Shown here in pieces: positions 25,033 to 36,700 of a DNA stretch of 64,000 nt. Position 1 is the first letter of the stretch; every line of letters starts with the position of its first letter. Below the pieces are notes generated by a model. It was not told the DNA's origin, did not search any database, and worked only from the letters and a program-made list of their open reading frames with translations. Source of the stretch: Scenedesmus sp. PABB004 (lineage: Eukaryota); assembly GCA_014905635.1 (NCBI GenBank), contig JABVCE010000026.1, forward strand, positions 1-64,000. The letters run 5' to 3'. Position numbers and translations under genes: made by a program.

Positions 25033-27764
25033 TCACGCGTCGTTGGCGAGGGCGTCGCCGCGGACCTGGAACATGCTCACGTAGTCGGCGTCGAGCTCGC
25101 TGCGCGCGAGCTTGCACGCCGTGCCGGCAAGCACAAAGAGCTCGCACTCGTTGCTGGCGGTGCAGGCGGCGCGGCATTCGGCGAGGCTGCTGCCGGTCGC
25201 GGTGGTGCCGACCTGCAGGCCGACCATGGTCTGGTCGGTCGTGCGCAGCACGTAGTCCTCGCCCGCGCCGACCTTGAAGCCCAGCGTGGTCGCGCCCCCG
25301 GCGACGACGTTGGCGACCTGGCACGTCTTGCTCGCCTCGGCCCAGCGGTACATGATGCAGCCCGCCGCGCCGGTGCACGCGGTGCCGCAGGCGGCCACGG
25401 ACGACGCGGTCGCGGCGGTCCAGCCGGCCTCGCTGGCGAGGTTGAGCACGTCGGCCTTCACGTCCACCAGCGCCGCGAAGCACATCTGCACCTGGGTCGC
25501 GCCGCGCTGCGACACGGTGTTGGCCGCGCAGGGCGTGCAGGGCTCGGTCGACGCCGCGCCGCCGCTGGCGTAGGTGTTGTAGCCGCACTCCGCGCAGGGG
25601 GTGGTGCCGACGTAGCCGTAGCCGGCGGCGCAGAAGGCGCAGTCGCCGGCAGAGGTCGCCTCGTCGTCGGCGGTCGTGAAGCCGCTGGCGCAGGGCGTGC
25701 AGGTGGTGGGGTCGGCCGAGCCGGCCACGCCGCCAGCAGACCAGGAGCCCTTGTCGCAGGGCGCGGGCACGCTGCCGGCCAGGCGCCAGCCGGGCTGGAT
25801 GACGCAGTCGGTGGCGGCGGTGGCGCCGGTGCTGCTGGTGGTGCGGCCCGCGGCGCAGGGCGTGCAGGCCGCGCGGTTGTTGCCGGCGTTCCAGCTGCCC
25901 TTGGCGCACTCGTTGGGGTCGGTGTTGGTGAGGCCCCAGCCGGCCTTGACCTTGCAGTCCTGCTCGCTCGTGTAGAACGCATTGGCCGCGAGCGGCACGC
26001 CGGTGAGGGTGTCGAGCGTGTAGGTGTCCTGGGCGCAGGGCGTGCAGCGCGCGACCGAGGTCGCGGGGCGCGGCGAGTCGTCGCCGTAGCTGTTGGTGGT
26101 GCACTTGGCCGCCGCGAGCGGGCTGGTCGTCGTCACGCCGTAGCCCGCGGGCACGAGGCAGGCGTCCGCGGACACGGAGCCGGTGTCGGCGGTGATGATG
26201 TTGGTGCCGCACGCCACGCAGGGGTTGCGGTTCCAGTCGGCCTTGTACGACCCGACGTCGCACTCGGTGATGGCGCTCGCGCCGTCCTTGAGCTCCCAGC
26301 CGGGGGGCGCCATGCACAGCGCGGCGCCCGTGGCGGCGGTGTCCTTGGTCTTCCAGCCGTTGGGGCAGGGCGTGCAGGAGGTGATGTCGGCCTCGGCGTC
26401 GTTGTAGCTGCGCGCGGCGGGCGGGCGGGCAGGGGGGGAGGGGGGGGGTGTCAGCGGCCGCGCGGCAGCGCGGCGGGGCAGCTGGCGCCGCTGCGTGGCG
26501 CGGCTGCGCAGGTGCCGCAGGGCGCTGCGGCGAGCACCGGGCGCGCGCGCGCCAGGCTCTCACCTGTTGACGGGGCACTCGGCGGCGGTGGTCGCGGAGG
26601 TCTTGTACCACCCGCGCACGGCGAGGGTGCAGTCGGTCGCGAGCTTGCTGCCCTCGCCGGCGGTGGTGAGGCCGTCGGGGCACTTGGTGCACTGCGCGTC
26701 GCTGTTGAGGGCGACCGAGAAGGTGCCCTTCTGGCACTTCTTGCCGACCGACTTGTCGACGTAGCTGCCGGCGGGCGCCTGGCAGTCGGCGCCGCTGGTG
26801 GAGCCGTTGGTCGCAGTCGTCAGGCCGTTGCCGCACTTCTGGCAGTCGGCCTGGTTGCCGCCGGCGTTGTCTGCGCGGCGCGGCGCGGCGGGGCAGGGCG
26901 CGCGCCGGTCAGCACGCGGACCCGTGCCGCGCGGGCGCAGCACCGGCGCGGCGCTGGCGGCAGGGCGGCGGCGCTGCGCGCCCCGCGCAGCCTGCCCCCC
27001 TGCCCGCCCCCCGCGCGCAGGCGCGCCACTGACAGGTGCCGATGGGGCACACGCGCGAGACGAAGCTGGTCTTGCCGTCGGCGCCCTTGGCGGTCTGGCG
27101 GCCGAAGCCGGGGGTGGTGAAGCACTGCGACTGCGTCTTGGCGCCAGTGAACACGGTCGCGAGGCCGGCGGGGCAGTCGGTGGCGTTGTTGCCGGGGTTG
27201 GACGCGCCGCCGCCGAGGCAGAACTGGCCGCGGGGGCACGTGGCGCACGCGCCGGTGTCGTCGGCGGAGAAGCCGGGCGCGCAGTCTGGGGGCGGGCGGC
27301 GCGGCGCGAGCGGCGGTCAGCGCAGGCAGCCGGCGCGCGGGCCGAGCTCTATTCGACTCGCGCTCCCCCAGAGCGCTGCCTGTGGCGAGCGCCCTGGCTG
27401 GCACGCGGGTGCGGTGCCTCCGATCCATCCCGGCAGTCAACCCGGGTCACCCCGGCCAGGCGCGGCCCGCGCGAGCCCCCCGCGCCGGCGAAAAACTCTC
27501 ACCGCAGTTCTTGCCGGTCCTGTCCTGGCGCAGGCGGTAGCCGGCGGCGCAGGTGGAGCAGACGAGCTCGGAGCGGCGCGTGCCCGGGATGCGCTGGTTG
27601 CGGCACGCGGTGCAGGCGGGGTGCACACGCGTGCAGTTGGGCTTGGCCTGCAGCAGCTCGCGGGCGGGGAGGCCGTCGATCTCGTCCAGCACGAAGCGCG
27701 AGGCCTGGGCGGCCGTCGCGGCCAGCAGCGCCAGCGCCGCGCAGGCGAGCACGTAGCGCGCCAT
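25033..27764 (-). CDS. Secreted cysteine-rich repeat protein (GCC2/GCC3, ephrin-receptor-like repeats) with two C-terminal PAN/apple-like modules
   Basis: Signal peptide MARYVLACAALALLAATAAQA, then RELLQ; repeated C..G.Y/F...CxxC..G.TT...G......C units; end modules CGTAC..AAGC and CRAAC..SNEC; 4 exons. Confidence 0.8.
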
Positions 27765-28249
27765 GGCGGGGCGGGTGGGCGCCGTTCGCGTCCCGGTGCG
27801 TGCGGGGGGCTAGCTGCGGTGCGGGTGCGGGGTGACGGCTGCTCGCGGGCGTCGGTTGCGCGCGTCGGGTTGCGCCTGGCGTCGGTGGATGGCTGCGGGG
27901 CGTGCGGCGCGGCGTTTAAGTAGCGTGGAGTCACGCAGATGGGAGTTCGGGGGGACGACGTGAGCAGCCGAGGCAGGGAAGTTCGTGTTGAACGGACTGC
28001 TACTTTGACCGAGAGCTCCCACCAAGAGCCGGGACCGGTCCCCTCTGCGCGCCGCGAAGCTCCCGCGGCCCAGGACTGCCTGACGGCACCCGCCCGAGCT
28101 GCCCAGGGGCTGGCGCGCGCAGCCAACTGCACTGCGTGCTGGCTGGCTGCCAACCGTCTGCCTGCGACGGCGGCCTCCGTGCGGCGGCGGCGGCGGCAGA
28201 GGCGGCGCGCGGCAGGCGGCGGCAACGGCAGACGGCGGCACGCACCATG

Positions 28250-29814
28250 TCACCATGGGGCACGCTCTGCCGAGCGCGCGCCGCGGCCGCGCACACGGCG
28301 GCGGCGACGGCGCTGCACCCACCTGCTGGTCGCGCTTGGCGGGCGTGAGCCTGCTGCCCTGCCCCGGGCCACGGCTGGGGCCGCCGTCGCGGCCAGCGCC
28401 GCTGTGCTCCATTGGGCAACAAAGAGAGCGGAGGCGCGCTCGTACTCGCCATTGCGGCGGACGGCCGACACCCCTCGCACAAACGCCCGCCTGCCGCTAG
28501 TGCTTGGCAGGCCGCTCGTCCAGCTCGCCCTGCGTGGCGGCAGCGGGCAGGCCATGTGGGGGGAGGCGCCCCGGTTGAGGCACGCTCTGCCGAGCGCGCG
28601 CCGCGGCCGCGTCCACGGCGGCGGCGACAGCGCTGCACCCACCTGCTGGTCGCGCTTGGCGGGCGTGAGCCTGCTGCCCTGCCCCGGGCCACGGCTGGGG
28701 CCGCCGTCGCGGCCAGCGCCGCTGTGCTCCGCCTGCTCGCGCCAGCCGGAGCCCACATGGCCAGCTCGGCTGCTGTGGCCCGCCCTGCCCTGACCCCCGC
28801 CGCCGCTGCCGGCGCCGCTGCCGCCGCCGCTGCCGCCGCCGCTGGCGTTCCTGTGGCCGTCGCCGCGTGAGTGCGCCCGCTTGTCCGGCCTGTCGCGCTG
28901 CTGCTGCCGGTCCGACTGCCGGCCCTGCTGCTTGCAGTGCAGCTTCCCCTGGCCGCTGCTGCCGCGCCCGGAGCTGTCCGCGCTGCCGCCGCGCGTGCCC
29001 ACGGCGAGCGCCGCGGGGTCGCTGACGGCGCTGGCCTGCGGGCGGGCGCGCAGCGCGCGTGAGCGGCGGCTGCCGGCGAACAAGGCAGCTAGCTGCCCAT
29101 CGCTCTCGCCGCCCGGCGAGCACCCAGGGTCTGGGCCGGCCCACCTCTGCGGCGCCCGCGCCGGCCGGCCCCGGCGCGGCGTCGTCGTACTTGTGCAGGT
29201 GGCGGCGCCACGCCTTGACCTGCGGCCGCGCGCGGGCGCCGCGCGCGTCGGCGCTGCGCCGCAGCCAGCCGCGGGCGCTGCGCTGCGCCGCAGCCAGGGC
29301 ACGGCGCTGCGGCGCGGGCGGGGCGGGTGTGCTCACGATGCCGTCCCAGGCCTTCTTGCTCATGCGCTGCGTCACGTCCGGCGTGGGCGGGTCGTGGTCC
29401 TTGCCGTACCGCTTGCGCTTCTCCCTGCGCCGCGGCGGGCGCGGCGGCGGCAGGGCGGTTGGGCGGCCGGCGGGGCGCGGCGCGGTGCGCGGTGCGCGCG
29501 CCAGCGGCCAGCCAGGCGCCGCCGCACTTGGGCACGGCCTGCACGTAGCGCTCGTAGCCCAGCGTGTTCTTGCCGTAGTCGATCTGCTTCTGCCGCGCCA
29601 GGAGGCGCTTGGGGTCGGTCTCAAACGCCTCCTCCTCGCACTCGGGCAGCAGCGCGTCGGCGCCCGCCTCCGCCGCCTCCACCTCGTCCGCCCAGCCCAG
29701 CTGGTCTGCGGGCGGAGGCCGCTTCCGTGGCAGGAGCGCGGGGTACTCACGGCGCGGCCGCAGCGCCAGCGCCGCACCGGCTGCGCCGCCAGCAGGCGCG
29801 TGCTCGACGTTCAT
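28250..29814 (-). CDS. SLBP: Histone RNA stem-loop binding protein
   Basis: ETDPKRLLARQKQIDYGKNTLGYERY..VPK|..PPTPD...MSKKAWDGI|VKAWRRHLHKYD is the SLBP RNA-binding domain; the 3' end is uncertain. Confidence 0.88.
28259..28730. repeat. Direct repeat of about 152 bp (28259-28410 and 28579-28730), 320-bp period
   Basis: Near-identical copies from cacgctctgccgag to gctgtgctcc with about 3 substitutions. Confidence 0.92.
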
Positions 29815-30062
29815 CGTGCTGCTGCGCCGCGCTCGCTGGGCGGTGCAGCGTGCGCCAGGGGCGGGTGTTGGGGTGGGCGTCAAAAGCGCGCACTGCCGCG
29901 TGGCGGGGAGTGTGGGGCGCACCACGCGCCGCGGCGGCGCAGCAACGTCGCGCGCGGTTTTTGCCGTTCGAACACGGCGTGCCCATTGAGTTACGCTGCG
30001 TCCCAAGCCCATTCGCGCACCACACCCCGGCACCTCCTGCATTGCACACGCCGCCGCCGCGC

Positions 30063-31314
30063 TCAGATGTTGGGCCCGCTGAGGTAGGCCCCGGGCGTGC
30101 CGGCCGGCGGCGCCGCGCCGCGCGCGCCGCCGAGCTTGTACTTGCTGGCCACCTCCTTGCCCAGCTCCACCGCGGCGCTGGGCGGGCGGTCGCGCAGGCC
30201 CGCCTTCTCAAGGTCTGCCTCGCCGCGCGCGCCGCGGCGCTTGCGGCAGCACGACACGCCGATGCGCGCGAGGTGCACGATGAAGAGCGCGGCGAAGAGC
30301 CCCGCCGTGACCCAGCAGAGCAGCACCACCCACGTGCGCGCGCCGCGCCCCCGCACGCGCGCCGCGCCGGCGCCGCGCGCGTGCGCGGCGGTGATGAACC
30401 CCGCGACCAGCCACCACCCCGCCGCGACGACGGTGAACACGGCGTCCATGTACTTCCCGCACCCGCACATGTTGCACGTCACAAGCTGCGCACCGAGCGG
30501 AGGCGGCGGCAGCGGCGTGAGGCGCGGCGGCGCGCGGAGGCGGCGGCGGACGCGGCGTGAGGCGCGGCGGCATGCGCGAGCTGCCCTCGCCGTCTGTGCG
30601 CGCGCGCCCCCCCCCCCTTAGCCCCCACACCCACCCGCAGCGCCACACAGCCCATGCCCAGCGCCCCCCCCCCCCCCCACACACACACACACCTGGAGGA
30701 GGCCGATGATGAGCGTCATCGCGATGCTCACGCCGCCGACGGCGTAGATGTAGGTGCAGACCGACAGGTTCTTGGGGTCGGCGCTCGCGAGGCACTGCTT
30801 CTGGTTGATCACCTCCGCCCAGGCGAAGCTGTCCACGCCCGCCAGCTGCACCGCGGTGATGGCGATCACCGCGACCGCCGTGCCGAGCTGCGGGGCGGGG
30901 CGGCGTGAACAAGCGCGCGTTGGCCGCGGCAGCGGCAGCAGCGCGTGGGCGGCGGCGGCGGCGGCGGGCATGCGCTTGATCGCTGCTGGTGCAGCCGCTG
31001 CACTGCAGGGGGACCGCTGCCGCTGCTGTCGGCGCCGCCCTGCGGAGGCGCTGCTGCCGCCGCTGCTGCCGCCTCCTCGGCCACGCCGCGAGGCATTTTC
31101 GACCGCAGACATGGTCCCTGGGCCCTGAACGCGCTCACGACGCCACGGCGACGGGCCCCGCGGCCCCAGCGCGGCGCGGCACTGCGGTTTCTGTTCGGCA
31201 TGCCGCCGGCTGGCGCTGCCTGGCGCGCCTGGCGCTGGCGCTCAGCCGGTACACCCGCACGCGCACCTGCAGCACCGACAGCAGCGCCACGAGGCAGAGC
31301 GTGCAGCCCCTCAT
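30063..31314 (-). CDS. Four-transmembrane protein of unknown function (MARVEL-like topology), 3 exons
   Basis: MRGCTLCLVALLSVLQ|LGTAVAVIAITAV..CL..VCTYIYAVGGVSIAMTLIIGLLQ|..AVFTVVAAGWWLVAGF..RTWVVLLCWVTAGLF; canonical splice sites. Confidence 0.7.
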
Positions 31315-31380
31315 CTTGCACGCCCTCCTTCCCCGCCGCCGCCGCGCAGGCTTGCTCTGAGGCTTGCTCGGCGGGGCAAC

Positions 31381-31385
31381 TTACA
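31381..31385 (-). terminator. Probable TGTAA poly(A) signal for the coiled-coil gene
   Basis: ttaca on the plus strand about 275 nt downstream of the inferred stop. Confidence 0.45.
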
Positions 31386-31657
31386 AGCAACTCTCCGTCG
31401 TACGTTGTGGCCTGCGGGCGTGGCGCTCGCCTCCGCACGCCACTCCCCGCCGGCGCCGCGCCCTGTGCCCCGCCGCCCGCCACGCAGCGTCCGCCCGACT
31501 GCACCGCACCGCGCGCGTACAAAGATAAATCCCTCCCTCCGCTCCAAAGGGGCCCAAAACCCAGCCGCATGCGGCCAGCTGCCAAATGCACGTGCAGGGC
31601 GCGTCCGGCGAGAATGCCGCCGGCGCTGCGCTGAGCTTGTTGATGGTGGTAGTACGG

Positions 31658-33465
31658 TCAGTGCTCCCGCACGCGACGCCCCCTGCTCCCCCCCTCTCCT
31701 CCCCCGCCAGGCGCGCCTCAGGCGCCGCCAGGCGCGCCGCCGGCGCGGCCGCCGCCGACCGCGAGCACGCACTTGCTGATGGTGCTGGCGAGCTTCACGC
31801 GGTCGGCGGGCGCGACGCCCTCCAGGCGCACCACCGTCCGGGCCAGGACGCTCAGCCTGGGCGGCGGGGCGCGGGGGGTCGCGGCGCAGGCGGGCGGGCG
31901 GGCGTCAGGGGCGCGGCGGCGGCGCGGGCGCCCGCTCCCGCCCGCCCCCGCGCCCCTGCGGACCCCCCCCCTCCCCCGCGCGCGCGGTCACCAGTCGAGC
32001 ATCGCCATGTTTGACGCGACCTGCGACACCAGCAGCGCGTGCACGCGCGGGTCCGCCTCGCCGCCGCCCCCGCCCGGCAGCGCGCCGCCAGACCCCGGCA
32101 TGAGCAGCGCGAGCTGCGCGTCCAGCTGCCTGTTGCGCTGCGCCGACACCGACAGCTCCGCGTCGCGCAGCTCCAGCTGCGCGCGCAGCGCCGCCAGCTG
32201 CCGCGCCTGCTCGCCGTCGGCCTCGTGCGTCGCCGCCGCGGCGTTGGCGGCCGCGGCCTGCTGCTCCTCCGCCGCCTCGCGCCGCGCCGCCGCTTCGCGC
32301 GCGCTCGCGGTCGCGTCGCCGTGCGTGGCCGCCGCCAGCGCCTCCCGCGTCGCGTCGATGTCGGCGCTCGCCGCGGTGAGCTGCCCCGCCACGAGCTCCA
32401 TCTCGCCGCTGATGTCCGCCAGCACGTCGCTCATGAGACCCACCAGCTGCTCCGCCGCCGCGGCGGCCGCCGCGTCAGCTGGGTGCGCGCCCTCCTCTGG
32501 CGGCGGGCCGCGCAGGCTCGCGAGCATCGCCTGCGCCTCCGTCAGCAGGCCCGCGAGGCCGTGCACGTGCGCCTCCGCCGCCGCCACGTCGTCGCGCGCC
32601 GCCGACAGGCGCGCGATCGCGGGCGTGGTCGCCGCGGGCAGCCGGGCCGCCGCCTCATCGTCGTCCGACGGCGGCGCGGGCGGCGCGTCGCGCGGCGCGA
32701 GCGTGGAGAGCTTGGACTCGAACCCGCTGTGCCGCGCGCCCGCGGCGGTGAAGCCGCTCGGCAGCGGCGCGGCTGCGAGCGGCGCGCGCGGCGCGGGCGC
32801 CGCCTCGGCCGCCACGCCGCCGGTCGCGCCCGGCCTGCTGCCGGCCGCCGCCGGCGCGTCGCCGGCCGCGGCGCTCGCCGCCTCGGGCGCGGGCGCCGCG
32901 GCCGCGCTCACGGCCGGGCTTGCCACCGGGGCCGCGACCGCGGCGGGGCCCCAGCCGCGCGGCTTGGCGGCGGGCTTGGAGGGCGCCGCGGGCTTGGGGG
33001 GCGCGCTCGCCGCCGCCGGCGAGGCGGTCGCAGCCGCGCCGCTCGCCGCCGCCGACGCGGTCTTGGCGCGGGCGGCGGGCGCCGCGCGGCCGCCGCTGGC
33101 GACGGGGGCCTGCTTGACCGCGGAGTACTCGCCCAGCCTGCGCCGGGGCGGGCGGCGCGGGGTGAGAGGGCGCGGTGGCGGCGGCGGCATCGGCGCGCGG
33201 CAGCAGCGAGCGAGCGCCGCCGCGCGCGGCCGCGCGGCGCGCCGCACAGCTGCTTTGCCTCAGCCGGCGCGGCGGCCTTGCTCTTGCGGCTGCCGGAGCG
33301 CTGCTTTGCCGCCTTGCCGAAGCCCCGCTGCGCCGCGACCAGCACGGCGCTCCTGGCGCCCGGGCCGGCAGCGCGAGGCACGGCGCGCCGGATGCCGGGC
33401 GGGGCGCATTGGCTCCCGCCGATCGCGGTCCTGGGCGTGGGCCCCGCCACGCGCGGCGCCAGCAT
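31658..33465 (-). CDS. Ala-rich coiled-coil protein, probably plastid-targeted, function unknown
   Basis: Transit-peptide-like MLAPRV...AAQRGFGK; heptad region QLAALRAQLELRDAELSVSAQRNRQLDAQL; exon junctions only partly resolved. Confidence 0.55.
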
Positions 33466-33767
33466 CGGGGCTGGCCGGGGGCTTCGCGCAAAGGGTGGAC
33501 AGTGCGCGCGCCCGCGGCGTGCGGCAGAAATCAGCGCGGCACGCGGTGCAGGCAAGCAAACCCAAACTGCACACAGGGTCCAGCACGCGGGTAGCTGAGT
33601 CGCCGCTGCCCTCACCGCTGCGACGCAAAACAACACCGGGCGAGCCTGTGGGCAGGCCCGGAACGCCCCAGCGCTGCAGCGCTCGCGATTGCCGGGATCA
33701 GCGCCCGGCGCCCGCGCGGGAACACCAACAGCATCTCCACGCCAGCACCCGGCAGCGCGGGGGCGGC

Positions 33768-36700
33768 ATGGCGCCGGCCCCGGGGCGCCCGGGCGGCCCC
33801 GGCGGCGCGCACAGCACAGTGGGACCGCCACCGGCCCGCGCCGCGCGCCTGCTGCCTCCTGGCGGCACGCCGCGCGGCGGGGCAGCAGCAGGACGCCGCC
33901 CGCGTGCCGCCGGGGGCGTCTGCCGCGCCAAGGTGCGGCACCGGCTGAGGCCCGGCACCGGCGCCGTCACGCCGGCAGCTCTGCGCCGCGCGCGCCGCGC
34001 CAACCGCTCGCGCCGCGCCGCCGCAGGCGCGCGATCGCGGCGCCGCCCCGGCGGATCTGCCGGCGCCGGCGCCGACGGCGTTCCGGGAGCAGCTGGTCCC
34101 CGCGCTGCGGCGGCTGCAGGCGGCCGCGTCGGCGCTGCCGCAGCAGCTGCAGCAGCGGCTGCCGCGGGAGCTCCCGCTCGCCGCGGCGGCGCCGCGCGAC
34201 GCAGCGAGCTGGGGCGCGCTGGCCATGGTGGCGCTGGGCGCGGTCGTGCTGCTGCGCGAGCTCGCGGAGGGCGTGCGGGCGCGCGTGCGCGCGCGCGCCC
34301 GCCACCTCCGCGCGCTGGGCGCCGCCGCCGCGGGCGCGGGCGGGTCGGGGCTGGTGGCCGTGCCCGGCGCGGTGCTGAGCGGCGCGCTGGCGGAGGTCGA
34401 CGCGCACGCCGCCGAGCTGGCACGCTACAGGAGCGAGGTGCGCGCGCAGCGCCGCCGGCCAGCCGCGCCGCGGCGCGTGGGCGCGGCGGCGCGGCCGGCC
34501 GGCCGCCTGAACGCGCGCGCCGCGCCGCGCAGGTGGCGGAGCTGGCGGACGGCGCGGCGGAGCTGCAGGCGCGCCTCGCCGCGTCCCTGGCGGAGCGCGA
34601 GGACGACCTGGGGCGCGCGCTGCAGACGGCGGCGGCGCTCGACGCGGAGCTCGCCGGCGTGGGCTCGCATCTCTCGGAGCACGCGGCGGCGCTGGCCGAG
34701 CTCACGCAGCAGGCGGGCGCGCACGCGGAGAGCCAGCGCGGCGCGCTGCTCGTCTCGGCGCGCAAGGTCGCGCTGCTGGAGGCGCTGGTGGACACGCTGG
34801 GCCAGCGCCTCGTGCACGACGCCGGCGGAGACGGCGCGGCGCTGCTGGGTGAGCCAGCAGGGCCGCTGCGCGCTGGGGGCCCGTCCCGGGGCGGGGCCCG
34901 CGGGCGCCCGTCACGCCTGCCCGCGCTGGCGCAGGGCTGCTGGCGTCAAGTGCCGCCGAGCTCGACGCAGTGGCGACCGCACGCGGAGAGATGGCGGCGC
35001 AGGTCGAGGCGCTCCGGGGGCAGCTGGAGGACGCGCGGGTGAGGGAGCGCAGGGCGGCGAGGGAGGGCACGTGCGCTGCCAGCTGCGCCGCCTGTGCACG
35101 GTCAGGGCCCCTGGCGGCACACCCGGCCAACACCCCTGGCCAACGCCCCGCGCCCACACAGGGGCGCCTGGCTGCGGCCGAGGCGCGCGCGTCTGAGCTC
35201 GACGGTCAGCTGTCGCTGCTGGCTGCTGCCCGTGAGGCTCTGGAGGGGCGACTGGCAGTCCTGGAGCAGGAGGCGGGCGACGCAGCGGCGGCGGCAAAGC
35301 AGGTGCGGCCGCGGCGCGCGTTGTGGGTTCCGCAACAGGATGTTCCGGGGCGTTAGGTTTCCTGTTCCTCCTGTTCCCTGGGCGCCGGCGGCCCCGGCGG
35401 CGCGCGCCGCCGCAGGCGCTGCTGCGTCACTGCTGTCGAGCGCCCTTCTCACCACCGCGCTCTGCCGCCACGCACCTCAGGCGGTGCTGTCTGCCCAGGC
35501 GCGCCTCGCGGCGGTGACCGAGGGCACGGAGCCCCCGGGCGGCCCAGCGTGCCTGGCGCAGCTCGCCGCCCGCGTGGCCAGGCAGGAGGAGGAGCTCGCG
35601 CACCTGCAGGCGGCGCTGCAGGCTGCTGCCGACAGCGGGGCGCAGGAGGGCTCGCCAGTGGCCCTCGCTGCGTCTGTGGGCAGCCGCGCCGCCGAGCTGG
35701 ACGCGCTGCGGAGCACGCTGCAGCAGCAGCTGGAGCAGGCGCACGCACGCGCCGCGGTGCGCGAGGCGGCGCTGTCTGACCTGCTAGGGCAGGTGGGCGC
35801 AGCGCTGGCTGCCGCCCGGGCTGCGGCCCAGGCCAAGCACGCCGAGCTGGCGGAGCTGCGCGATGGCGTGGCCGGCCTGGCCGAGGGCCTGGCTGGCGCG
35901 CTCGGCGCGGCGACGGGCGCGCTGGCCGCGGCAGCAGGCGGGCAGCGGCCGGGCGCGCGCGCCTCGCCCACGCACGAGGCGGCAGAGGCGGCGGGCCTGA
36001 GCGCGGCGCTGGGCGAGGCGCAGGCGGCGGCCGCCAGCAGGCGCACCGACCTGGAGCTGCTGCTGTCAGTGGCGGCCATGCAGCTGAGCGACGCGCAGCA
36101 GGTCCGCGCGCGCCAGACCGGAGGATGAGGGGAGGAGGGAGAGAGGGGGCGGGGGGGGGGGGGGGCGGCGCGGCCCTGCCCGCCTCACCGACTCGCGCTC
36201 CGCCCGCCCGCCGCCTGCGCAGGCACGTGCGGCTGAGCTGCAGGGCGCGATTGACGCGGCAGCGGCTGCGGCCGCCGCGGCGCCCCCGCGCGGCGGCAGG
36301 GCGGCGGCGCGTGCGCGTGCGCGTGCGCAGCAGGAGCAGCACACGCTCGAGGATGAGCTGCTGGCGCTGCTGCGCGGCAGCATGAGTGCCCAGCTGCGGA
36401 GCAGGGAGGACAGCCTGCGGGCAGAGCTGGCGCAGCTGGAGCAGCAGGAGGCCGGCCTGCAGCAGGAGCTGGCCGCGCTGCTGCCGCCCCTGCCGCCGCC
36501 GCCGCCGCCACCCCATCTGGAGCAGCAGCGGCTGGAGTCAGCGGTGCCCGAGCTCGCGGCCACAACGGCAGAGGAGGCAGAGGCCCCCGAGGCCGCCGAG
36601 GCTGCTGCTGATGTAGCACAGGCGGCAGAGGCCGCCGCCGAGGCTGCTGACGAGGCAGAGGCGGCGGGGGCCCCCGAGCCGGCTGGCGGTGGCGACGCCG

